From contig CM094669.1 in assembly GCA_044231675.1 (NCBI GenBank), positions 2,993,643 to 3,057,642 of the forward strand: a DNA stretch of 64,000 bases. The letters run 5' to 3'. This document shows, one piece after another, positions 38,701 through 53,234 of this stretch. The stretch's first letter is position 1; every line of letters starts with the position of its first letter. The DNA comes from Synchiropus picturatus (taxonomy: Eukaryota). The notes under the pieces were generated by a model. That model had not been told where the DNA came from and ran no database searches. It saw only the letters and a program-made list of their open reading frames with translations. A program made the translations under genes and the position numbers.

Positions 38701-41700
38701 CGCTGCTCTGTCCACTGCCGGCGCTGCGAGTGCTGCCCACACTGCCGGTGCTAGCCACACTGCTCCGGTCACCTGCTGACCCACACAAGGGTGAGGCAAG
38801 ATCCAGAGGGAGGGGGGAGGCCTCTAGGTGGCAGCAGACCAGGAGGGAGCAGGGGGGTTAGTTGCTGCGCTAGCAAAGATGCGGTCCTGGCGTCAGCAGA
38901 ACCACAAACGTCTGAGGAGAGGTGCCACGTCTACGTGTCTGGTGAAGCAGGAGCGACGCGCTTCGAGCAAGCTTGTCAGCGCCATCTAGAGGTAAAGCCG
39001 CTCTGTTGTGCCACCTGTTGATGTCGGTCAACAAGCAACTGTGATGTCATGTCTCGCCATTCGCTAAAGCACCACTGCCGGAAACGCTTTTGTTCTGACC
39101 CATTATACTGTCGGACCTTTAAACAGTAAGATATTTCTTGAGAAACTTCTGCTTCTTTCAATGAGGCCCCCTGGTGGCAGAAGCCAGTATCTCGGGTGCA
39201 GGTTCAGCCCGAAGCGGTGGGATCTCACGCAGTTCTGACCCGACTCATCGAGACGACTCAAAGCCACCAAGCCCACAAAGCCAATCAGACGGGTCTTCAG
39301 TGGTGATGCACAGAGGGTCCGGTTGAGTCAGGTCGAGATTTGCAGGGAGTTGAGCTTCAGCCCAGCGGGTGGAGGGGCGTCGGGTCTTACCCTGACACGA
39401 GTCCCTGAGCACCCAGATGTCCTGGTACAGACACCTGGACTGGGACATGCGGCTCCACGTCGGACCTGACGGACCTGACGAACACACAAACATGAGTTCT
39501 GGCTGCAGGTCCAGAGGCCGGACTCCCGTGGCTGAGGGCTTAGGGACCACTGGGCCCAAGAGGAGGTCTGACCTCTCACTCACACACGTGCTCACTAAGA
39601 GTGTGTGTTAGTCATCAGAGTGTGTGTGTGTGTGTGTGTGTGTTAAAAGCCTGTGTGAGAGAATGTCGGTGGGTACCTGCGTTAGTGGCGAGGCCGTTGG
39701 GGAGGGGCACAACCACGTTGGTGGGGGGGACATGGAGGGAGTGGTCAGTGAGGGGGGCGGAGCTCAGGCTGGCAGTCAGGGGGGATCTGGTCAGCTGACG
39801 CTGGGGGGGCAGAGAGGCGTGCCGTGATAAAGTCCCGCCCCCTACAGGGTGAAGGGGGGGATGGTTAATGGACTGATTAGGAATGAGGTCAAAGGTTAAG
39901 TTCTGATGAGGTGGTGCATGGCAGGGCTTCGTGCATGAGGACATGGCGCACCCCGGTGAGACTGACCGTTACGCCTGCTGATGACCTCCACGATGGACGG
40001 CGGGAAGAAGCCCACCCTGTCAGTTCCTCGCTGGTCGTGGATGTGGCCCTTCCAGCGTCCATCCGCGTGCTGCTCCAGCACCTGGGGAGTCAGGAGAATG
40101 GAGCCTGGGGTCTTCCATGTCGCAGAGCCAGGGCAGAGGTCAGAGGTCAGCGGTCTCACCGTGATGACATCACCGGCACGGACGTTCAGCGCCGTCGGAT
40201 CGTGAAGGTTCCAGAAGTCCTTGAGCGCGCGGACCTGCAGCACTCCGGTTGCTTCTGCACCACATACACAGAGGGAGGGGTCATGAGCGGCAGGGTCACG
40301 TCAGGGATCAGGACGGTGCCGTCGCCACCTCGCAGCAGCTGCTTGATGTCCCTGCTGGCGTGTGAGGTGGTGAACTGGTTGACGATGTCCAACGCCGTCT
40401 GGTTGTAGGTGTTCCTGATGTTGACGTCCACGCCGGCCTCGAGGAGAAGTCGCACCACCTCCGTCTTGCCGTACAGCGCCGCCTCGTGCAGAGCGGTGCC
40501 GGACTTGGTGGTGGAGTTGATATCGATCCCAGCCTTCAGCAGCAGCCTGCACACACAGGCAGGTCAGCGTGGAGGGGGACGACCAAACACGTCAGCCGGA
40601 CAGTTCTCACAGGATGACGTCTTTGTGGCCGTTGCGAGCGGCGAGGTGAAGCGGCGTGGTGAAGGCCGAGTCGGTGGGCTCCTTCCTCTCGCCCTCCAGC
40701 AGCGCCACCACCATGTTGCTGCTGAGCAACAGCTGCGCCACCTTCAGCCTTCCGAACTCGCACGCCAGGTCCAGCGGCGTCTTCTTGGACTTGTTCACTA
40801 GGCAGGGGTTGGACTGGTGCTGTAGCAGCATCTCCGACTGTCTCAAACACACACGCACACTGTTCTGAACCCCGGAGTGCATGGATGTGACTTTGCCGGG
40901 TCAAGGTTGAGGACTTACCACCTCATAGTGACCGTACTGCGCGGCGAGGTGCAGCGGGATGTGGCCATCCAGGGAGACCGCGTTGACCGCCGCACCTGAA
41001 CGCAGCAGCATCAGCACCGACTCGGCCTTGCCCTGCCAGGCAGCGTAGTGCAGCGGACGCATGCCTGCACACACACACACAGGTGACGGTGAGAGAGTCA
41101 TGCTCACTTGTGGAGACTCCGCCCACTTACCATTACTGTCCCTCACGTCCACCGACGCCTGGGCGTCCAGCAGCGCCGCCAGCAGCTCCGACGTCCCGGT
41201 GAGAGCGGCGTGATGTAGAACAGAGAACCTGGCGGCAGGAATCAAAGGTCACGTGACCAATCGAGAGAAGAAAAGGCGCAGTTCTCACGTGACCCAGCAG
41301 GGGAACCGTTGTGCGACTGCGGTCATGGCAACCGACGCCGCAGCTATTCCATCGCTGGAGTTGTGTTTGTGTGTCCATAAGTTCTTGCCTGTGTGTGAAT
41401 GCTAGCACCGCTTTGTGTATGTGTGTTTAAGAAAGCTGTGTGTGCTCTCCAGCTCTGAGTGTGTGTGTTTAGTCAAGAGACACCAAGTTACACAATGGCC
41501 CGCAGAGAAACTGGGACTGACAAGGCAGCACACACCACACACAAAGCCCCAGATCCACGCAGACCCAGCGACACTCACCCGTCTGAGTCCTGGTAGTTAA
41601 TGTTGAGCCTCTTGCTGGAGCCGAGCAGCTCTGGAAGAGAAGCAGGTCACATTGTGAAGCAGAGGAACCGGCTGAACCATCACTGGAGTCCATCTATAAT

Positions 41701-43229
41701 AATAATAATAATCTATCTCATAATATAATCTAATCTGAGGACCCCCCAGCTAGCAGCTACAGGTCAGGATGCTGGAGCTTATGTTGCATAGGTGCTATTA
41801 AGGAAGTTATTCCGGAGCTGACATTGTGAGCGGCGACCTGTGCCGGCTGTTACCAGCCAGTGTTGACATTCTGAGGTCAAAGGTCAGAGAGCTGTTTGCT
41901 GGGGAGACTGAACAGGAAGTGTGTTCTGGTTCATGATGGAGAGTCGCTGGACATGAATGTGATGCCATCGTCCTGATGGCTGAACTCCGTGTGAGTATAT
42001 GTGCGGGTCTTTAATGCTTTTCTCTCTCTCTCCTTGTGCTCAGGGCAAGCAAGCCGTAGAACTCTGCATTCCATTCTTCTGACATCATCACCCCCGCCCC
42101 CTTCCTTCCTCCCCCGGCTTCCTTCACAGACGGCTGGGAATCGAACTAGAGAGTCAGAGGAGGACGAGTCGTTCTGCTGATCCACTGTATTGTGTGGGCA
42201 AAGCAGCAGCAGGGGATTGTGGGTATTGAGTCTGGCCTCCTTGAAGTTTATTGCATACCGACTCATGTAAACACAAACATTTCTGCACACACACTTGTGC
42301 ACTGAGACACATACACTTGTTGACTCACACAACTCGCATTCACACACTGACCCCAGTCTCGCACATAGACACACATGTATCTCTATCCTTGTGGGGACCT
42401 CTCATTGCCATAACATTTTCCCAGCCTCTCACCCTAAACCTAACCATCCAAAACACATGACTAACCTAAACCAAGACTCGGAACTAAAGTGGAATGCAGT
42501 TAAAATCACACAGTTGCTATGAAGTCTTCCTCCTCAAATTGAGGCTTAACCTGATAGAGTCCAGCCAAATGTCCCCACAAAGTCATACGGTCCTCACAAG
42601 GACAGTGTTAATCTGTTGTCAAGGATTGAAGTAGGATAAACAAGCCCCCACACACAGAGATATAGAGTGAAAGCAAAGTGAAAGTGGAGTCATCCCTCAG
42701 TCACATGACCTGAGGTCACGTCACGTGACTTCATATTTGTAAAGAAAAGTGACAAAAGAGAAAAGATGGAACATCGTTACGTAAGGAGGCACCGGGGGGC
42801 AGGCGGGGGGAGTGGGGAGGGGGAGGAGAGTGGATGAAAGTGGAGGAAGAGTAGAAAGAGGACAAGGAAAAAGTAGCATGGAGGAATAGGAGGAGGAGGA
42901 AGGGGAAGAGGTGGAGGAGGAAGAGCAGAGTGAGGAGGAAGGAGACATGGAAACTGGCCTTCCTACTTTCACAATCATATTTCACAGCCCAGTTCAAACA
43001 CTTGACCTCTGACCCCAGATCCGTACAAGATCCCATGCACAGACATCAGAATCTGGACCATCATCTGAGTCGTCTCCAGTGAGCCATCACTGGCAGGTGA
43101 GCCATTTGAGATGAGTCACCCGCCGAGTCACTTACTGGTTCTGCCGGACTTGAGTTTGGTCAGAAGCCTCTGGGCGGTCGGCAGGTCTCCGTTCTTCACT
43201 GCCTGCAGTAGCTCTTGCTCCTTCCCCAT
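35781..43229 (-). CDS. caskin2: CASK-interacting protein 2 (CASKIN2): ankyrin repeats, SH3, two SAM domains, a long Pro/Ser-rich exon and a conserved C-terminal domain. Resolved exons: exon 1 43136-43229; large exon 35932-37772; last exon 35781-35874. Other exons lie about 38000-41650.
   Basis: Exon 1 reads [31 protein letters not shown]|gtaagt. ANK exons (40186-41245, 41590-41640) read [78 protein letters not shown]; [38 protein letters not shown]...[16 protein letters not shown]; [72 protein letters not shown]. These match human CASKIN2 better than CASKIN1. SH3 (39896-40243): [43 protein letters not shown]...[18 protein letters not shown]1 and SAM2 (37796-38342): [50 protein letters not shown]...; ..[16 protein letters not shown]|[19 protein letters not shown]-terminal exon: ..DSGG|[30 protein letters not shown]. 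Confidence 0.9.
39621..39644. repeat. (TG)n microsatellite in a CASKIN2 intron
   Basis: tgtgtgtgtgtgtgtgtgtgtgtg. Confidence 0.95.
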
Positions 43230-44893
43230 GACTCCTGCCGCTCACAGACGCTCCTCACGATAACATGCCGGTGGGCAGGACAGCGCCGCCTGCTGGTGAG
43301 GCCCGGAAACCAGAGAAAGGTGAGTGGACGGGGGGAGCAGGTGGGAGTCAATCATGTGACTATAAATGTCAGTTTCATCATCTGTCCAATCAAATACTGT
43401 ATGGCGGCTGCAGAACCTTCACTCCAGATAAGTTGTGTCCATTTTATAACCTCTATAGGTGAAGACAACGCCCCCCTCTTCACTCAGTACACTTATCAAA
43501 CTCTTCCGGGCCGCTGCTCTTCAGAACCTTTCTGCTTGACAGAACTTTGTTGCTCCACAAACACCGCGTCCCGGTCCGATCCACGGTGCCCTGGTTACTG
43601 GAGAGGCGCGGAGCTGTCAGCACCAGTTACTCCATCACGTCTCCTCGGGCCATTTTCACTCTCAGCGTGGACCGGACCAGGCTCAACTCTGGATGTTGAC
43701 AGCCAGGCGAGCAGCTGAATCCTTGTTATCCGGAACCAGCGAAGACCTTGCAAGAGAGGTTTGACGTGGACTGGCCACCGGTCCGTAAAGGTCTCGTTTT
43801 AACGTGCACAACCCGAATGATTGCGGTCAAAGACACAGTTCGGAGTAGTTTCTGTTTTGTCCCCAAATCAAAGTTCGGCTCAGATTATACAATATCGAAG
43901 AACCAACTCCACATTCTCGCTGAAAAGTCACACGCCGATGTTTGAGACGACCTCACCTCACGTCACGTCCTCAACTTTACAGAGCTCACATTGGACCCGA
44001 GTCCAGCGGCGCGAGCTCGGAGATCCGCGGGGGGAACCGACAGCCTTGGTCCGGAATCTGGTGCGACAACGGTGGCCAGAGCTTCACCCTTCACCCGCCG
44101 CCTTTTGCGAACCAGAACCGGACACTTTCCCCGCGTCTTCAACTCAACCAAACAAACACTGGATTTACCTTTAACTGCGGAAACTGGACTGTTTCCCAAC
44201 TCGCAGTTATGGAGTCTCCAGGAAACTATTCCCGATCTTGTGATTCCGACCAGAACTTTCCTTTTCCCACCGCGCTCCCGTCCACAGGCGTCGCCCCGCC
44301 ACCGTGTCCAGCGCCGCTGTCGTTCGGAGTCCACATCAAACACTCTGATGCGGGATTTTGGGGAACTTTTCCTCTCGTTCGGACGTCCCTTGCGCCACTT
44401 TTCCCTCCGCCGTCCCGAGCCCTCAAGGTGTCAAGTTACACGTGACACTAACAGTACATCCGCAAGGCGCTTTCAGAATAATAGCCAACTACCGGACGTT
44501 CCTAATCACAGTGAGAACCTGGTCCCTGTTGAAAGGGTTCAACTAGTGGCAGGTAAAACCGAAGCTATCACTCATAAAATAAACCCAACGTTGACCGGAG
44601 ATCTAGAAAAAAAAAAAAAAAGAAGATCATTAAGGGCGAGTGAAATACTGTCACCTGCTGAGGAAGACCGGGAACTGCAGTTCACATGTCGCTATAAATA
44701 ATAAACAACACGTGGAAGCTCTACATCTATATTTATTTTCAGTACAAACCAGCCACTCATGAGTACAGACTACATTAGTTAACACACGCCAAACGACAGT
44801 TAAACTACCAAGTTCTAAGTTTGAATGAAAACGCTAGTTTTTTCTCATATCAATAGCCAACAACATTGTGATCAATCAGTCCGGGGAAGCTGC

Positions 44894-46956
44894 TCAGAGG
44901 GAGTAGAGCTTGAGCTGCTCCTCCACCTCCCCCTCCGTCACGCCCCCCAGCGCCTCCTGGTTCTCCCGCAGCAGCAGAAAGATGGCGGCCAGCTGCTCCT
45001 GCTGGACCCTGAGGACCACAACATTTAAGTTAGTTCGACCTGAGAAGCTCCCACTCCATGTTCTCCTCAGGAAATCCACCGGTCAGGTGGCGTGGTTCTG
45101 TCAGCTCGGTCGACCCAGGACTGGACCAGCTAGCGTCCGAGGACGGACCTCGGATGAGGATCCGCACCTCTGAATGAAGCACCTACGAGTGAAGCGGCTG
45201 CGGTGCTTCAGTCAGCCGTAGGAGGGCGCCGTGAACAAGGCGTGAATGTGACCAGCAGGTGTCGCTGTCCGGCGGACGTGAACACACGAGACAAATCACT
45301 TCAACTGTTTATTGGCTGAGATTGAACCACAAATAAACACCTTCATTCATCCTCCCTTTTGTGGTTATTTTCCCTCGAATTTCTTCCTTCACAAATTCAT
45401 CATTTACATTTTAAGATAAATTTCATTGACTGAAATGAATGGCATCTCCTTTACTTCATAACCTAAAGACAAAATGCTCTATTGATACTGAATATTTTGA
45501 ATGAAAATGACTCAACACAACTTATTTTTTCTTCTTGTTTTCAGATAATGAAATAAAACCTGTAAATACATTTGTGTGTCTTCATAACGCTTCAAGCATC
45601 ATCAGATCTGAAAGAGAAAAAAAAACATAAATATTTGTTATTCACCAAACATCAAACAAAACCATGTATAAAACATGACCCAGCAGTAAAAACTCACCAG
45701 GAGGAGGCTGTTAGCAGGCAGCATGCTTGTCATCATTAGTTAGCATGTTAGCAGCAATACGTCCTTCCTTGTGCGACAGGAACCGTCGGTGAGTCTCGCG
45801 GCGATCGAGATGGATGCTAACGTTAGCGGCGACTAGCACCAGGCCGAGTGTAAAACCACCAACTCAGCAGTGAGCGTGAAAATATTCACCGAACGAAACA
45901 GCATAAAAGTAATCCTGATTCATCATCAGCACCGGAGGAAATGCTGAGTCATAGGAAGTTATTTTCCCCCAAATCCAAATGTGAACTCGCTGACTAATCA
46001 CTTACTTTTTAAGATATGAAAACCATAAATAATAAAGTAGCTAAAACTGCTGACGGATGAAAAAGAACTGCAAAGTCATTGTTCACTTTAAAAATATATA
46101 TATATATAAAGCGCTGACTCATCGTTCACATTGAATCAGGTGGACAGCGTCACGGGACATCAAAGGAGTCGTCTGATGTTTGACCTGATGAGCTGCGGCC
46201 AGATTGACAGGAGAATTAGGAGATTAATCAGGATTAAGCAGCTGCCAGTGGAACAGCTGGCCGTCATGTCAGTGGCCAACCTGAGCAGCAGGTAAGGGAT
46301 GACTCGGGTCAGTGGGTGAGGATGACTCACTGGAGACTACACACTGAACAGGGGTCAGGGGTCACAGACGACACTGGGCACCTTACCAGCGCAGTGTCGC
46401 GCTCGGACGATGAGGCGGTTACAGAGACGTAAGGTCGGAGGTGAACTCGACCCTGCAGAGATAAAGCTTCATGTGGAGCACTGCGACTGTGAGGCGTGAC
46501 AGCCAGGCAAGAACTCGGGGTGTCACACAGGAAGTTAAGTCAGTCGGGTCACACCAGGTCATGAGGTTCAGGCTGACCACAACATTCTTGTTAGCACCAG
46601 CAGGAGGAGCAGAACCCATTCAAGCACTGTGTGTGTGTGTGTCTGTGTGTGTGTGTGTGTGTGTGTGTACCTCTGTTCCTCCATCATCTCCTCCTTCGTC
46701 ATCATCGTCTGCAGTTTATTCTGCTTCTTCCCTGGAGTGAACATCACTTTGTCTTCAGCCTCACCTGCCAAAGACACAACATCTCGTCTGAGACACACTT
46801 TATTGGGACTCTATTGAGTGCAGCGTTTCTCTGCTGGTAGTTACTGAACAGAGCAGTGTGTTGGTGTTTGTGTCTCTCGTGTGTGATGTCATCGGGTGAA
46901 TCGAGTTGATCAAATGGACACCAGCTGAAGACCAGATTAAGGGTCCGACAGATGGC

Positions 46957-47005
<49 letters not shown>

Positions 47006-49415
47006 TTGAATTCATCTGTTTCTGGTCCCGGTGGGGTGGCAGGAACTTCTTCTGCTGTAGAAGACACGCTTGGTTCCGGTACTGGGTCTGATCCTAACTG
47101 GATCTTTGGTTCAGATTCTGGGAGGGTAATGGGTGCTGCTTCTGGTTCCGGAGCATGAATAGCTTCTGTATCCGGGCCTTGTTCCGGCATTGTTAGTGGC
47201 GCAGACATAGGTCCAGATTCCAGTTCTGATGACTGCTCAACAGACATGGGCTCTGCTAAAGAGGTGGATTCTGGTACTGGGACAGATTCTGTCACTGGAT
47301 CTGATGCTGTGAAAGACGCTGGTTCTGGTGCTGGGACAGGTTCTGGTTCCGGTTCTGAAATGGGGACCAATCCGGTCAGTGGTTCTGAAACAAGGACCGG
47401 TTCAGTCACTGGTTCTATTGCTGGAAATGGTTCTGGCACTGGGACAGATCCTGGTTCTGGTGCAGGTACTGTTTTCAGTACTGGTTCTGATGCTGGTTCT
47501 GGAACAAGGATCGATTCAGCCTCTGGCCCAGGTGATGGGACAGAAAATGTTTCTGGGAGAGATGTTAGTCCTGGCACAGGGACAGACACTGGTTCCAGTA
47601 ATGCCTCTGAAACTGGGGCTGATTCAGTCACTGGTTCTGGTGCTGGCACAGACACTGGTTCCGGTATTGGGACAGATGCTAGTTCCGCTGCTCGTACAAC
47701 TATTGGTTCCGGTACTGGAACAGATTCTGGTACAGATGCCTGGACAGATAATAGTTCTGGTTCTGGAGCAGATGCAGGTTCCAGTGCTGGGGCAGGAACT
47801 GATTCCCGTGCTGGGACAACTATTGGTTCTAGTACTGGAACAGATTCTGGTTCTGGTACTGGGACAAAAGCTGGTTCTGGTTCTGGAGCAAATGCTGGTT
47901 CTGGTGCTGGGACAACTATCGGTTCTGGCACTGGAACAGATGATGATTCTGGTTCTGGAGCATATGCTGGTTCCGATGCCAGGACAACTATCGGTTCTGG
48001 TACTGGAACAGATTCTGGTTCTGGTACAGATGATGGTTTCGGTGCTCGGACAGGTGCTGGTTCTGGTGCTGGGGCAGAAACGGTTTCCGGTGGTGGGAAA
48101 GATATAGGTTCTGGAGCAGATGCTGGTTCTGGAGCAGATGCTGGTTCTGGCACTGGGATAGATTGTGTCTCACATACTGGCTCTGGTGCTACAGCAGAAA
48201 CAGGTTCAGGTGCTGGGACAGATAGAGGTTCTGGTTCTGGAGCAGATGCTGGTTCTGGCTCTGGGATAGATTGTGGCTCACATACTGGCTCTGGTGCTAC
48301 AGCAGAAACAGGTCCAGGTGCTGATGCTGCGGCCGGTTCTACTGTGGGTTTTGGCTCCTGCCGAAAGACAGAATAATTTCTCGTCACAACTAAAGACCAT
48401 GAGGAAAACAAACCACAAATGCTGTTTGGTTCTGGTCCAAATTTAGAGCTTCAGCTGACTCGCCTGTCGCGGTCGACCTATGACCTGAACTGTCACCCAC
48501 AGACCTCGTTAAAGCAGCCGGTGCTGACAGAAATATTCTGGTCCACTTGACAGTCTGGTCAAGTGTTCCTGTTGGTCTGTTTTCATGGGACCTCATATGG
48601 ACCTGTTTGGTCCTGGTGCTTCAGTGACCACTGTAATGGATCTCTGGACACCAGATGTCACTGAGACCTGCTTCCCTTATGTTGGTCATGTGACAGTGGT
48701 GCGTAAATATAGGAAGCATGTTGGGCCCAATATAGACGCTTGTAACCCGGGGGGCGGGGTTAGTGATCGCCACGCCCACCTTCTACTAAACCTAGCTGAT
48801 CATTACTCAGCAGATTTACAGCTAATTAGCATTTTAGCTTCATTTCTAATCGCAGTTGAACAGCAACGTCATGGGGAGATTTCACCAAAGTGCAGTTGGA
48901 GAATTCCTGGGCCGCTAACGTCCACATTTCCATGATGCAATTGGAAAGGAGTTTTTTTGTTTTGTTTATATTTTGCGAAGAACAGACCAAACTTTCCATA
49001 TTAATAATAGCAGAACTAATAAACGTGTCCACAGCGTTCATCACATGACTCGCAATGCTTCATTCAGAATGAAATAAGCGCGTTAATTCAGTTTAAATAA
49101 CATCGAGTTCTGGGTTTGTTAAGCCCGTCTAAGCTTTAAGCGCACAAAAAAATAAATACATTAAAAGTTACTTTCTATAAAGACTTTTAAAGTATTTTTT
49201 AAATACTTCACAAGTCTCATAGACCAGTACTTAAAATGTGTCGGGTGTCTGACCTGGACCGGAGGCGCTCGGGTCTCCACAGGTGGTCTGCTGTCACTAG
49301 TGCGTCCGCTTTTGGGTTTGTCATCGGTACCGGTTCTTCTGCCGAACCAGGACGAAGCCACCACGACTGCAACAACGGTGAAGAGGAGCGCGGGAAGCAG
49401 CAGTTCAAGCTCCAT
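44894..49415 (-). CDS. mxra7: Matrix-remodelling-associated protein 7 (MXRA7-like), a single-pass membrane protein. Exons: 49254-49415 (signal-anchor/TM), 47004-48357 (very large Pro/Glu-rich tandem-repeat exon), 46671-46764, 44894-45008.
   Basis: Exon 1 reads MELELLLPALLFTVVAVVVASSWFGRRTGTDDKPKSGRTSDSRPPVETRAPPVQ|gtcaga (human MXRA7: MEAPAELLAALPALATALALLLAWLLVRRGAAASPEPARAPPEP..). Exon 2 follows acceptor tctttcggcag|GAGCC and is 1354 nt of (PEP/PAP/VPV)n repeats, ending ...EEVPATPPGPETDEFK|G gtgtgt. Exon 3 reads ..EAEDKVMFTPGKKQNKLQTMMTKEEMMEEQ|R. Exon 4 reads VQQEQLAAIFLLLRENQEALGGVTEGEVEEQLKLYSL*. The last two exons align to the human MXRA7 C-terminus, ..YSPGKLRGNQYKKMMTKEELEEEQRTQKEQLAAIFKLMKDNKETFGEMSDGDVQEQLRLYDM. 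Junction phases are consistent (0/1/2). The gene is adjacent to JMJD6 as in human 17q25.1. Confidence 0.8.
46629..46668. repeat. (GT)n microsatellite at the 5' end of the MXRA7 intron 3 (exon 3 donor is gtacacacac... on the minus strand)
   Basis: gtgtgtgtgtgtctgtgtgtgtgtgtgtgtgtgtgtgt. Confidence 0.95.
46958..47003. repeat. (CA)n microsatellite immediately 3' of MXRA7 exon 2 (the intron starts gtgtgt... on the minus strand)
   Basis: cacacacacacacacacacacacacacacacacacacacacacacc. Confidence 0.95.
47030..48350. repeat. About 1.3 kb tandem repeat (18/36-bp periodicity; units like GGTTCTGGTGCTGGGACA) forming MXRA7 exon 2
   Basis: Plus-strand text repeats ...ggttctggtgctgggacaactatcggttctggcactggaacagat.... 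All three plus-strand frames are open over hundreds of codons (ORFs 47246-48376 and 47328-48107), in addition to the minus-strand coding frame. That pattern is the signature of a stop-free tandem repeat. Confidence 0.85.
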
Positions 49416-50117
49416 GACGCCGCGTGAGTCCGATGGGAGTCAGGAGTGAGGAGCAGCAGGAGCGGCGACGGAGATCGGTTCCTCTCACAGGAAACGGACT
49501 GGTGGCGCCTTTCAAAATAAAGGCCTTTTTTATAACCCATCTGTCAGCGCCAGAGAGGATTCACCTGCTGGCGTGACGTCATAGTCTCACGTCGCCTGAC
49601 TCGTCCTCAACTAAAAAATAATTTGATTTGGACGTGTGTCTGATTGTATAAAATGTATTTTTAACGCAAGTCTTCAAGCATCTCAGAAGCCACTTCCTGT
49701 CCTGAAGATGACCTCTCCAGCCTCTCCGCGTTTGCCCCAGGGCCTCCACCCAATATACTGGACAGCTCTCACAGACAGTTGATTCTCCTCGACCAAGACA
49801 GGCCAGACCACGAAAATAGAAAATATTTTATTAGCAAAAAGATCAGTGGGATTTGGCTGTGGATGCGCACACGTCGGAGGCACTTAGATTTACAGAACCA
49901 CAAACTGAAGCAACAACTTCTGCAGGACCATCAGCAACACGCTCTGATTAAACACACTGGAGAAACCTCAGGAGCCCGAAGACACGGTAAAAGGTTGGGG
50001 TTACGAAAGCTGTGATTTTCTTCCGCGGTGCATACACGCAGGTACGCACACACACAAAGCACAGTGGTGAAAGGCCTGCGTGTGTTCCTGGAGCTGCTCG
50101 TCTGGCGGGGCGCGAGG

Positions 50118-52732
<2,615 letters not shown>

Positions 52733-53234
52733 CCCTCGCTCCGGCCGTCAGTGCTGTGAGCGTTTCCCCGCTGCTGATTCGAGCTAACACCGGCGCTGCT
52801 AGCCGGCTAGCTGCGCTGCTCAGAGAAGCTCAGTGGTGCGGGACCAGCGAGAAACACTCGAAGACACAGTCCGGTTATGTACAGACACGACGGTGACGGT
52901 TCATACGCACGTTTAATTTGACAGCGTTTGTTCATGAGCCGACCAGGACCGACGCACACTGTGACACAAGAAGCACACAATTATTTTGCAACTGGTGACG
53001 TCACCAACCTCCAGTTGTGTGATTGGTCTGAAGCCGTTTGTCTATTGGCTGAGAAACTGTACGGGGTTCCCGCCTGTTCTTTTAAAGTGATTTCATTGGC
53101 TGTTGGAATTCCGCTTTTGATTTGAAGCGGAAGTAGCACGGAGGAGATCGGTGTTGTTGAACCCATTCACATTGCTGACAGTTTTATGTAAATGCGAACG
53201 ATGACCTGCAACTGCTGGGCAACTCAGGAGCACC
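52733..53234. promoter_or_regulatory. Head-to-head intergenic region between JMJD6 (-) and METTL23 (+), a putative bidirectional promoter
   Basis: About 500 bp separates the two divergent start codons. The region is CpG-containing (cggccgtcagtgctgtgagcg..., cgctgctagccggctagctgcgctgc) and the same arrangement is known in human. Inference; TSSs not determined. Confidence 0.5.

Noticed and set aside
43991-44701. 236-aa plus-strand ORF (plus overlapping 167-aa and 126-aa ORFs) in a GC/CpG-rich region
   Set aside because: No recognisable domain, Arg/Pro/Ser-rich composition typical of GC-rich non-coding DNA. It lies between the CASKIN2 first exon and the MXRA7 3' end, so it is more plausibly CpG-island promoter or UTR sequence.
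47246-48376. 376-aa and 259-aa plus-strand ORFs (Gly/Ser/Thr-rich: GSGTGTDSG...)
   Set aside because: They are antisense to the MXRA7 repeat exon. The repeat unit lacks stop codons in all frames, so long ORFs arise automatically. The minus-strand frame is the one that splices in phase to conserved MXRA7 exons.
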